From NCBI GenBank assembly GCA_028534125.1, contig CM052821.1, forward strand, positions 53,630,001 to 53,694,000: a DNA stretch of 64,000 bases, read 5' to 3'. Both the position numbers and the translations under genes were made by a program. Origin of the DNA: Lama glama. Lineage: Eukaryota. The notes below the pieces were generated by a model. That model searched no databases, was not told where the DNA came from, and saw only the letters and a program-made list of their open reading frames with translations. Of this stretch, positions 46,251-57,515 are shown piece by piece (position 1 is the first letter of the stretch; each line of letters opens with the position of its first letter).

Positions 46251-48255
46251 ATGTTCCAATTTCAGTATTTGACTGAACGCCATTGGCCAAGAATTAAATC
46301 TCTGTTTGGCTAAGCTGAGAACCCCCCATCTTAGAATGAGCTGCTTTGGTACAAGAATACATCTAAAATTAAGTTATCAAGATTGTTTAATAATTGTCAC
46401 AATTTTATTATTAAAAATGTTGGTTGGAGCTTTGTTTTGTGTTGTGTCATTCCCAGCACCATCAGGTGCTAGGTTGCTCTCAAGGCCATCAAACTAGAAT
46501 TTGTGATGATACACTCACTTTCAACACAGGAGGAGAGAGGAGGGCATGGCTCTTAGGCTGACACTGCCCACAGGGATTCTGCTGATGGTGAAGCTGCCCT
46601 GGGTATCAGCTTCCTTCCCTCTCTATGGTAAAGACCTAGTTTCCCTTTGACTCTTGGACTTGAGAAGTTGGCTATTGGTGACAAAGCTTGTTTTTTAAAG
46701 TAGTCCTTTGAACTGGTTCTTTGTTCACTGTCCAAAGGAGATACTTTCTAATATTTTCAGAAGCAAACATTAGAGTGTTGTCCTCACTTGCATTTTTATT
46801 TGTTACTCTTTTTGCGTACACTTCTGGCTTCACCCACCCAATAATTTGAAAAAATTGTGTCCCTAAGCGTTAGTTCTAGCAGCGTGACTGTGGAGTCTGG
46901 CTCTTAGGACCACAGGGCCAGCTCTGGGTGTGCATCTGCATTCAGCCTTAGGTGCCTGTGAATGGTGCCAGCACCCTTCACGGAGGAGAGTGACAGGGGC
47001 ATCTAGGGGCAGGTATCCCATTAGAAATCCTTGCCTACTCAAGGTACATCCTTTTGGTCCCCACTTCAGTTGGCCCCAGCGAATGCGGCCCTTGCTCTGA
47101 AGCTGCTGTGGTCGTCAGTGAATCCTGCTATGTCCGTCTTGTTATCTGTAATGTAGAACACGAGGCTGACTTGGGCTCTGGCAGCCTTTTTACCGTGAAG
47201 TGGCTGCAACTCTGTCCTGTTTGAGTATCTTGCATAAGGACTATTTGATTAGGCAATTCTCAAATCTCTTGCATGTCAAGTGGTTTGACATACCGCTCTG
47301 TGTGAAGGCTAGAACAACGGAAGAGAATGTTCAGATGTTAACAGAACAACACAAGGTCTTGCCTGGTCGTGTTAGTGATGTGGTTACACCGACGAGAGGC
47401 CTTAGTTAGTAATCTACGTGCCACGTGACTCTGGGGCCCATGGATGCCGGGAAGGACCCTGATGGAAGCATTTAACTCTTCGCTCTCCGAAGGCGGATGC
47501 TAAAGCCAAATAGGAGATTCTGGCCAAATGCCAACGCCAAAGCTGACTTCTGTGCACTTGTAGAGAGAAGAGGTCTGGGGACTGGGCCCTGGGGGGCGGC
47601 CAGTGGTCAGAAGAAGAGCCAGCCCAGGAGTCTGAAGGGTCCATCTGGGAGGGAGGAGGAGTCAGGGGAAGGATAGAGAAGAGGAGGTTTCAAGGAGGCA
47701 GGAGTGAGGGAGGGGAGGACAGAGGATGGACCTCTGGGTTTGGCCAGGTGTGAGTCACCAGTGGGCCCCTCAGTGAGCCCCCTCTCCTTAAGAGCAGATT
47801 CAGGGAGCAGCTCTCAGGCCCTCTGCTGTGGGCAGGTTTCAGGGGGTGTAACTTGCAGCCTTGCCCAGGTGGACCACTTGTGCGCAGTGAGGGTCCCCAC
47901 ACCAGCGTGTTGAGGGCGCTCTGGGGCGGGCTGTCGTCCTGCTCCTGGCTCACGGCACACCCTTCTTCTTGAGGAAAGATGCAGGACCTCCCTCGAGTAA
48001 TTAGCACGTGCAGCCCCACATTCGGCCGTTGCCACGTTTGCCTGCCACGTTTTCCTCTGTCTCTTTCCCTGCCATGAAAGTGGGGATCCTGGCTGTGCCA
48101 AAGCCCCAGGCCATTCCTGCAGCCCCGTCAGAGGGATGCTGGTGACACGGGCGGCCAAGGACCTGGTTCTCTTCCACACTGTAGGGTCACCCGAGACCCT
48201 GCTGCAGGCAGCACCAGGCACGACCAGCCGCCTGGGTTTCTGTTACGGGCTGAGC

Positions 48256-48408
48256 NNNNNNNNNNNNNNNNNNNNNNNNNNNNNNNNNNNNNNNNNNNNN
48301 NNNNNNNNNNNNNNNNNNNNNNNNNNNNNNNNNNNNNNNNNNNNNNNNNNNNNNNNNNNNNNNNNNNNNNNNNNNNNNNNNNNNNNNNNNNNNNNNNNNN
48401 NNNNNNNN
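48256..48408. other. Assembly gap (153 N)
   Basis: N run. Confidence 1.
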
Positions 48409-50109
48409 CGCAGAGAAGGGTGACCATGTCAGGATGTCTACGCGCCGAGGAGGGGCCTAGTGTGCTGACGCCAGGACCATGAGGAAGTGAATCTCCACTG
48501 TCTCAGCCCCCCGTTCTGGTGCTTTGTTAAGGCTAACACTCTCCCCTTCCCCGTCCTCTCCTCCTCCTCCCCCCGGGCGCCACGTTCAGTCTGCGGGGGT
48601 GGCTGAGGAAGGGGACGGCGGGGACGTGCCAGGCTCCTCGTCTCTCCCAGTGGGCGAGGCTCTCTCCGGACCACCTGGCTCTCTCAGCCTTGCTGCCTTC
48701 CCCAGGGACCCTTGGTCCGCCCTGTCCCTGCCTGTTGAGCACCTGGGGACCGTGGTATGTTTTCAGGGGGTTCGTATGGACAGATTATTCATCTCTAAGA
48801 CCTATTAGATACAGGTGGAGGGAAATCAAAACGCATAAATGGGAATCACTTCCATCCCCGGCAGGATGTGCTTTGTCGAGCTGCTTTGTTCTGCCCCCAG
48901 CACTCACTGCTCCCCAAGCTCACGTTCTCCAGGTAGGGCTGACCCCACCCCACACTAGAGCCCTCTGTGCTATGTCCAGCCCTAGGACAGTGCCCGGGAA
49001 CTGTGCTGTGAGTGAATGAAGGAATGAATGAATGGTTGACAGAGCATCCTGAGCCCAGCAGGTACTGCTGTGTGATTACAGGGTCCTGGAAGGAACATCA
49101 AACTGCTCATTCTTGTTCTAATGGAGGAAGGGATGGATGTGGGGACGGGCTTCCAGCAAAAGCGCCTGAAACAGAACTTTGCTGGGGACCACTCGCAAAG
49201 TGGAAGCCCTGTTTGTGCCCAGCCTGGACCCGACTGCCTTTCTGATCTCCCTCCCATCAGTGCCCCTGACAGCAGCTCTGCGCCAGAGTCTTGCAGTGCG
49301 TCGGGCTCTGTGCCCAGGACTTTGTAATCACCCTCTGGGTTCCTGAGCTCATGATGTTCTGCGACGTGGCTTCTGTTTTGCAGAGGAGACCTATCAGATA
49401 ACCCCTGGGTCTTAGAATAAACGAGTAGAAGAGAAGCTTGGCCATCCTTCCCCACTGCCCCTCCACAGGTGTGGTGTCAGGTGTCCCTCCTGCTCCCCTC
49501 ATCTCAGTCACTGCATCTTGAGCACACGTGACAGTTCTTGTCTGGCTCCTCCAGATCTGCGTCCTGCTCACTCTTGGCAAGAAAATAGTCACGGGTACCT
49601 GAATACCTAAGAATCCTTCTTCCCGTGGTGTCCCAGTGATGGAGAAAGAAGAATGGAGGGCACGTGTGCAGGGATGCGGAAGGCTGCGTCTGAGCCCCTT
49701 TTTATTTCCACATCAAAGTCCTCTTCCCTCTGGGAACCCGCTGGCACCACCTCCTCACCTCCCATCCCGCCCCTCAGGGCACCTCCTTGCCTCCCAGCTG
49801 CACCTCGAATCATGTCTGTTCTGTGGACATAGAATATTCCTGGGTGGGATGCCCGAGTTTTATCCTTGAACTCCCCGCCCCCTTTCATCCCAGAGTGACT
49901 TTCTAAGGAATTGGAGTGGCTTGGAAGTTCAGAGTTCCAGGCTGCATGTCTTGACCGCGCCCCACTGTTGTGTGGGGACCTGCTAGGTGTCTCCACCTGG
50001 CGGAGGTGGCGGGGTGGGGAGGTGCATTGTGGCTGGTTGACCGGGTGTCCCCGAGTCCCTGCAGTTTTCCCTGATGCTCTGCCTTTCGCTCTTGTCCTTC
50101 TCGATGCAG

Positions 50110-50250
50110 AGAAACTGGCAGACCGCAAGCTGAATGTGGCTGAGGTGACGCAGTCCGAGATAGGACAGAAGCAGAAGCTGCAGACGGTGCTGGAGGCAGT
50201 GCACGAGCTGCTGCGGCCCCACGGCTGGGCGCTCCAGTGGAGCGTGGACT
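50110..50250 (+). CDS. PARVB: beta-parvin exon 5 (141 nt): (E)KLADRKLNVAEVTQSEIGQKQKLQTVLEAVHELLRPHGWALQWSVD
   Basis: Acceptor cttgtccttctcgatgcag|AG; donor T|gtgagc; parvin motif EVTQSEIGQKQKLQTVLE. Confidence 0.98.
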
Positions 50251-50855
50251 GTGAGCGGCCGCCGGGGCTGGGGAGCGTGGGGGGCCCGGCCTCTGAGCTG
50301 GCCACCTGGTCATTCCCCTTCGCGTCTGGCCTTGCACTTTAAAACCAGGTCACACTCCTGCTCTGTGAGAGGCAGCCAGGAGAGGAGAAGGCGTGTAGAT
50401 AAGGGGCCAAGTCACACCCGCCTCGGACTTCCCCAAGCTCCGCAGTAGAGAGGTGTCCTTTCTTGTTGGCTGGATCGAGCAAGGCTTCCAGAGGCAGGGC
50501 AGGAATTTGGGTTATAAGACACAAGAAGGTTTCTGGGGTTCTTGGAAGGGCCCCCACCCCCAGGATACGTCTCGGAGCTTACTGGCTTTAGGAATCTGTG
50601 GCATGATGATGTTTCCAGCCGAGACATAAAACCAGAAAAGTGAAGCACTAAAACCAGGAGAGGCCGGAAAGCTCTCTGTCCTGCTGCCCCTGCCCCAGAC
50701 CCATCCCCAGGGCAGGGCAGCCAGAGCGAGGCTTAGAGGCTGTCCCTGTCACCAGGGGCCCCTGTGCTTGGGGGAGACCAAGGCTGCAGTCAGATTTGCC
50801 CCTGGTGTTTTGGCCTCGAGACGTAGGGCAGACCCAGGCTCGCTTCTTGGGTTGC

Positions 50856-50877
50856 GGGGCCGGGGCCGGGGCCGGGG
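50856..50877 (+). repeat. (GGGGCC)3GGGG
   Basis: Read directly from the sequence. Confidence 0.95.
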
Positions 50878-51460
50878 AATCCAGTGCTCAGTAAACAGTA
50901 AAGCCCCGCACAGGATGAGAGTGACCGCACCTTGGTCCACATCCTAGAGAAGAGCTGGTGGAGTTGGGGGTGGCAGCCAGGGCCCCAGGCAGGGCAGGAG
51001 TCACTTCTGACATCCCCAAACATCTTTTGCCCATATAGCCTGCCCTGTGGAGATGGCTGAGAATTTTAAGCACCCGAGATGCTTAATAATGCATTGTTGC
51101 TTATTGCAATAATGCTTAATAATAATATATTATTACGCTGGGTAAGTGGCCAGGCGACCTCTTTTTCCTGCTCATTCTGTCTCCTTACCACCCAGTTCAC
51201 TTTTTTTTTTTTTAACAAACAGCCTGCTTTTGAAAGTGATTGCACAAGTCACTGGAGGCCAACAGGAAAGCAAATAAATCAGAAGCTAGAACTAAATTCA
51301 CACAGGCTGCCCGTCAGTCCAGCTTTCCATGGCCTGTGGCTTTTCCCGTGGTTTTCCTCTGAGGTCTCATTTGCACTCAGCATCTTCCTTGCCTTTTGGA
51401 CGTGGGCTCCAGGTTCCCGTCTAATGATCTAAACCAGTCCCTTCTTCCCTCCCCGACCAG

Positions 51461-51576
51461 CAATTCACGGGAAGAACCTGGTGGCCATCCTCCACCTCCT
51501 CGTGGCCCTGGCCATGCATTTCCGGGCCCCGATCCGCCTTCCTGAACACGTCTCCGTGCAAGTGGTGGTCGTGCGG
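51461..51576 (+). CDS. PARVB: beta-parvin exon 6 (116 nt): (S)IHGKNLVAILHLLVALAMHFRAPIRLPEHVSVQVVVVR
   Basis: Acceptor ccttcttccctccccgaccag|CA; donor CGG|gtgagt. Not in the ORF track as a + strand ORF, but reads cleanly in frame. Confidence 0.98.
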
Positions 51577-53544
51577 GTGAGTATCGCCAGCCTGGTGGTC
51601 AGCTTGCCCGCAGCTCTGCCCGCGAGGCACCGGGACTTGTTCCTCCTCTAGTTTGCCTGCTTTTTCCTTTGTTCCCTAAGAGGCTACCTTCTATTTTTTC
51701 CCTCTTGACAAAATGTACACCTTGCCCTGGCTTCAAGGTAAATGATGGAACAGGAACAATGGCACTGATTTGAAGAGAGGCAGATTCAAAGGCATGAGTG
51801 CGTTCAGGTTTAATTTGCCACATTTTTGAAAAGAGCATTCATTTCTTTCCAAAGCCAAGTAGCTGGAAATCAGTCCTCTTGAATAAGCTTATTACTCACT
51901 GGAGAGGGTTGAGAGCAGTGGTATGAAGTAGTTACCCTGATGCCCCAATCAAAGGCGGCTGCTGCGTTTGCGCCCAGTTACATCCATCATCTCCCAGTGT
52001 CTCCTTTTTAGGATCATTTCTCTTGTTTCACTTGGGAAAATGTAACTGGGAGCCAGGGTCCTCCTGACGGAGGTGGCGTCACCTTTGCTATCTGCATTTA
52101 AGGGGACAAGCCCGGCCTTGACTTTGTGTGTGCGGTCTCACCCAGTAAACGGGTATTAAGTGCCTACTGTGTCCCTGGCCCCCCGCCCTGGCTGTCGGTG
52201 GGCACTGATGAGGAAAGCATGCTTAGGTCCTGGAGGAACAGCTGCTTCTGCCAGAGCCTTGAGGTTACATTTGGAACCTGGATGTCTCCTGTGTTTATGT
52301 TACTGGAGATGTCCAGCTCCACACTCTCCTCTGGTTTTTAAACTTATCACTCCCGTGGTCTCTGCGGTCTGTGAGGCTCTGGCTGATCCTGTGTTTTCCA
52401 AAGCCGCCTGACCCTCCCTTACCCTGGGAGCTCGGCCCCGACCCGATAGCTGGGAGTGCCCCTTTCTGGCATCAAGCGAGGGTTCCCTGCCTTTTGACCC
52501 CGTTTGCTTCCTAAGGGGGAATGTTTGGGGTCAGAGGTGGTGATGGGGACACGGGGCCATCCCTGCCGCCTTTGTCTTGGATGCTCCCTTGGGGCAACTG
52601 GCTGGGAAGGCCTTCCCAAAGACACATGAGAACATGGTTCCCAGACCCATGTACGTCAGACTCGGGCCTCCGCAAATGCTGTGCAGCTCAGTAATCAGGA
52701 TGTTTCCTTTCAGGCCTGCACTTTGGTCCAAGAAAATCTTTTGGGTTTGCAGGACGCTTTTCTGGCCCGGGCAAGCTCTCGCTGGGGCTGCCTTCTGTGA
52801 CCGGGGTTACGGAAGGATTCTTTGGGCCACGTCCAGAGTGGAATGAAGAGGGGAGGAGAGGGCCCGGGAACTGGCCAGACTCAGGCCTTCGACGTCGGGT
52901 TATCCAGTCTGAGACGGAGAGGTGTGAGGAGGGTGGCAGTTTGTGGAGAGAAGGGATGAAAAAGGGACCATTTGCTCCCTGGCAGCGTGGCCTTGAGAGA
53001 TCACTTGGTTTCTCTCTGAGCTGCAATGCTTTGCCCGTAAAATTGAGATACTACTGTAGACTTAAAGTATTCAGCCCCGTCTGTCCCGTAGCCAGGCCTG
53101 GGCCCGGCATCCAGTCGGTGCCTAGCGCACCTTTGACGTGTGCGTAAGTGAACACAGTGTCTCTGGGCCTCCCTCACGGAACCCCTGAGAGTCAGCCATG
53201 GCGAGGCCCTGGGGAAGCTGACAGCTGCCCTGTGGTGGTTACTCTCCATCACGAGAACCAGCGGTGAGAGTTCCCTGGCGGCCGAGCTCAGGAGAGGCCG
53301 GGGAGCTTGGATCTTGAGAGGGGTCCGTGGTGGGCTGCCCCACAGGAAGTGAGCTGAGCTCCCTGTGCCTCGAAGGGTTCTGGTGGGGGCTCGTGGTGGT
53401 GCTTGGGTGAGCTGGCCGCCCCGCTCCGTCCGGAGGTCGGGGCCATATGGGCTTTCTCTGCCCTGCCACCACCCCGCCCTCTCCCCCTCCCCCACCATCC
53501 CTTCCTCTCTGCTCCTGCCGGCCCCGGGAGAGGTGTGTCCCGCA

Positions 53545-53935
53545 CCGTGTTAGGGTCCCAGGGCTGTTGTAACAAAGTCCCACCGACTGGGTGGCTTTAA
53601 ACAGCAGACTTTGCTTCCTCATGTTGCAGAAGCCTGGCATCGACGGGGTCCCTCCGACGGCTCCAGGGAGGACCTTCCTTCCCTGTTCCGGCTGCTGCGG
53701 TGCCGGCCTCCTCCCCGTCCCAGCCCTCCAGCCTCTGCCTCCGTCCTTGCACGGCCTCTTCTCTCGGGGTCTGTGTTCCTGTGTCTCTGTTTTCTCTCTT
53801 ATAAGGACACCAGTCCTGGATTTAGGACCCACCCTCATCCAGTATGGCCTCATCATAACTAATCACATCTGCAAAGACCCCATTTCCAAACGGGCCCATT
53901 CTGAGGTTCTGAGTGGACCTGGCTTCTGGGGGGAC
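53545..53935 (-). mobile_element. MLT1 LTR
   Basis: agggctgttgtaacaaagtcccaccgactgggtggctttaaacagcaga...cttataaggacaccagtc...tcacatctgcaaagaccccatttccaaa. Confidence 0.88.
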
Positions 53936-54226
53936 CCTGCGTGTTTCATCCAGTGCTTCCCTCAGGCTCCTCGCCTCTCCCGGCTGCAGGACGTCCGGGA
54001 TTCCTTTGGGAGCTGGGTGACCAGAGACACTCCCCCCAGCTGCCAGCTCTCAGGGCAGCTTGGTGTACAGGGTCGGGGGGGAGGTTGGAGCAGGTTCTGG
54101 CCACCGAAGGGTCACCCTGTAGTCACCTGCCGTCCGTCGGCACCCGGCTTCAGCTGCCCTGCCTGTGATGCGCCGCCCTCTCCGCCTGCCCAGGTGTTCA
54201 TTTATTGTTCGTTCTGGGATTTGCAG

Positions 54227-54285
54227 AAGCGGGAAGGCCTGCTGCACTCCAGCCACATCACGGAGGAGCTGACCACGACCACGGA
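54227..54285 (+). CDS. PARVB: beta-parvin exon 7 (59 nt): KREGLLHSSHITEELTTTT(E)
   Basis: Acceptor ttgcag|AAG; donor GA|gtaagt. Confidence 0.97.
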
Positions 54286-55013
54286 GTAAGTGGGCCGGCT
54301 GCGCTGCTCCGGCCGGGGACCTGCACACCCTGGGGTCGACTTCCACTCTGGGTCCCTTGACCTCGGGATGGGGTTTTCTCACAAGCGTCCGCCCTGGCTT
54401 CCCATCCTCCACGCACTCTCTTCACAGTTTGCTTTCGTTAATTTTAGTGTAGTTCTGTTTTTATTTTTGGTAACAAAGGGCAAGATAGCAGTTTGGTTTG
54501 GTGTTTAAAAGCAAAATGAACAGATCTTTTATTTCTCCCCCAATAGAAAAATTAACAAGTGTGTGTGGCATAGGAATTAGAAGTTATTTAGGACACCCGC
54601 AGTCTTTTCTGGAATGAGACGGGGTATGATAAACAAGTAAAAATATAGTTGATCCCATTCAAAACCTCTTTATAAAGAGGAAAAGGGTGAGTGGAAACCT
54701 AAAGCAGTGAACTTCCATAGAGTAGGTTTGCTAAAGACGTCAAAGTTTTTCGTGTTAGCACTAAGTTATCCTCCAAAGACTTTGAACTTGTCATTCCTTA
54801 TTTTAGGAGGTGAACTGCAAGCATGTGGAGAGGGGAGGCGGTGTTTGGAATGGTCAGAGGGGCCCGTGCCCTGACTCACTGACCTGTCTCCCTTTTAGCT
54901 GCGTCAGGAGGAGGGAGCCACACGTCCAAGCTAGAACCTGCCTTTGAGATAGTGCCGGGCCGTCCCTTGTGTCTCAGAGAAGGCCAAGCGACTGTTGTTT
55001 CTAATTAAAAACA

Positions 55014-55126
55014 CTTTTAATTCGTTTTTATTTATATTTATTATTATTTTAAACGGAGATACTGGGGATTGAACCTAGGACCTTGTGTATGCTAAGCACA
55101 CACTCTACCACTGAGCTACACCCCCC
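55014..55126 (-). mobile_element. Vic-1-type SINE
   Basis: T-rich tail, then ggagatactggggattgaacctaggaccttgtgtatgctaagcacacactctaccactgagctacacccc. Confidence 0.9.
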
Positions 55127-55639
55127 ACCCCAGATGGTAGTTTTCAAGAAGTCTAAAAGGCTTCACACCTATTGAAAACAGTAAATCAAATGGTATGTTT
55201 TGCACGTGGCTTTTAGGAGGCCTTAGGACACCCTGTTAGGGATCTCTAAAATTCCCTGCATTTGTGCCTCTTGACTAAATCTGTTTCACATGAAACAGAA
55301 CATTAAAAATTGATTGTCTGGGCTAACCCACCCACTCAGTTCACGGAGTGATTAATTACTGTGTCATGAATTCATGTATGGTCTTTCCAAAATCGAGCTG
55401 ACACAGGAAACCGCTCCTGGCATGGGAGCTGTCAGGTGAATTGGAGAGACGCTGGCCTGTGGCCTGACGTGTGTGCACATCTGTTCCAAGCCCCTGGGAG
55501 GGAGTTGGGGGTGGGGGGTGTGGGGGAAGGAGGGGGGACAGGGACGGGGTGCTGAGCCTGGCATGGTGGCCCTGGGGCAGCCAGCTCGGCCTGCTCAGGA
55601 GCAGGAGGAGGGCAGCTTGAGGGGCCCTAGGAGTGGGGT

Positions 55640-56000
55640 GGTGTCTAGTTACCCATCATGGTGTAACAGACCACCCCAAGGCAAGGGGCTTAAAATAACA
55701 GTCAGTTTATTTGCCTACAGTTCTGTGGGTCAGCAGTCTGGGTGGGTCTCAGCCAGTCTGGTGGTCGGTGCTGGCCGGTGGGGGCCCCTGTCCCTCCCCG
55801 TGTCTCTTGTCCTTGCAGAGCCAGGCTTCCTCCGGCTGCCCTCAGGGTCTCCAGAGAGTGATAGGGCAGCTGCAGTCCCCCAGACTCCCTGGACCCCCAC
55901 ACACTGTGTGTCCTTACATTCTGTGGGTCAGAGCAAGTCCCAGGTCACCCTGGATGGGGGAGGGGGAGGGAGACCACACCTGCTGAAGGCAGGAGCAGCC
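55640..56000 (-). mobile_element. Old MLT1 (F/G/H-like) LTR
   Basis: gtgtaacagaccaccccaa...ggcttaaaataac...acagttctgtgggtcagcag...cattctgtgggtcagagcaagtc. Confidence 0.65.
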
Positions 56001-57495
56001 AGGCCCGTTGAGGGGGTCGAGCAATGATGGGGAGAGGCTGTGCCCATCTTCCCCAGTCTGGCAGGGGGTGGGGGAGCCCCGAGAGGGCAGCAGAGGGCAG
56101 TGGGGGCTCTGTCACCAGGGCTGGCTGGTGGGAGATTGGTTTCAATGATTCACCCAGAGAGCCTGCTATGTGCCAGGCACCAGTACTTGGAGGCTGAGAG
56201 GATGGGTTCCTCTCCTCGAGGGTTAGTAGTCTAGCTGACGAGAAAGGACGTGTCTGAAGTGTGATATCCAGCCCAGGGACCTTGTGAGAAGTGCTGTGCG
56301 GCCCTAAAGGAATTTCAGGAGGAGGGGGAGTGCCCCAAAGTCAGGGTGCAGAGAGGTTTCCAGCAGAGGCCACCCAGCTTCCTGCCTGGTCTCTCAGACT
56401 CCAGGTTTGCTCTCTCCTGTCCTTTCCCCTCCACATGGCCCCAGCCGATCTGATGGAGCATCTAAATTATCAGATGCCTTAGCGCCAGCCCACTGTCTGC
56501 CTGCATCTGGCTTTATTCCCCTCAAAACGCACCCTCCCTGCAGCTCCAAAGATCTACCTTCGGTTTTTCAAGGCTTTCTCCCCACCTCCCATCTAACCTC
56601 AACATTCTTCCCATTCCTTTCTTTCTAGAGGCAGCGCTGAGGTCACCTCCTCCAGGAAGCCCTCCCTGTTTGCTAAGCAGGCATGGCCGGCTTCCTTTTA
56701 GTTCCCGTTGCATCTCCTGTGGGTCACATTTCTGGTGCACATGGGCTGTGTTGAATTGTGGGCTGAGGAGTCTCTCTCACCATCAGGCATCACGTGGGCA
56801 GGGCCGGGGGGGTGTTTATTTCTGTAGCTCCATGGCCTGCACGTAGTAGGTGCTAAGGAGACTATGTGTTAAATAAGATGGAACCAAAGGGGTTGCTTGA
56901 GTCTAGAGGGATTTGGGGGACGAAGCAAAGGTCCCTGGCTCTCAGAAAGGGAGTGCACAGGAAGGACCTGTGCATTCGTGCTTTCAGATCCCCAGGGAGG
57001 AACTAGCTACCCGTCTTTCGCGGTTTCAGCTCTTACCTTGAAATCAGGGCTGAGCCTGTGGTTTTCCAGGATCCTTTAGTTTCATGATTCTCCAGAAGTG
57101 CATCACAGAATGTGACCTCTGGATAATCCGCACCCTGGTATTTTAAAGTTTAAACTCAACAGCTTCTAGAAGACCCGTTTTCTGCTGAAATGGTCTCCAT
57201 GTTAACCCCTCCCATGACTTAAGTGTCCCCCAAATGGCATTAAAGGGGTGGTTTAAATAACACTAGCGATTTGCTGTGGTCTTGTGCAAACATTTAGAGT
57301 CCACATAGGCACCTCTCGTTGGTAATTAGAGCAGAGAGAGTCTATCACAGTGTGACTCACATTTTTGTAAATAGCCCTTCGCCTGGGCAGTTCAGGGCCC
57401 CCACTTAGGCGGCGCCTCCCCTCCTCCAGTGCTGCTTGCTAAACTGGGTTCTGAGCGGCCCGTCTGATGACGGTTCTCTCTGTTCTTGTTTGCAG

Positions 57496-57515
57496 GATGA
57501 TGATGGGTCGGTTTG
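57496..57515 (+). CDS. PARVB: beta-parvin exon 8 (20-nt microexon): (E)MMMGRF
   Basis: Acceptor ttctctctgttcttgtttgcag|G; donor TTG|gtaagt; bridges phase 2 (exon 7) to phase 1 (exon 9). Confidence 0.95.

Noticed and set aside
49607-50305. 232-aa antisense ORF over exon 5
   Set aside because: Shadow of the PARVB coding strand plus GC-rich flanks.
53591-54289. 232-aa ORF reading through an MLT1 LTR into exon 7
   Set aside because: GTG start inside an antisense LTR; only the last ~20 codons are real exon. No support for LTR exonisation.
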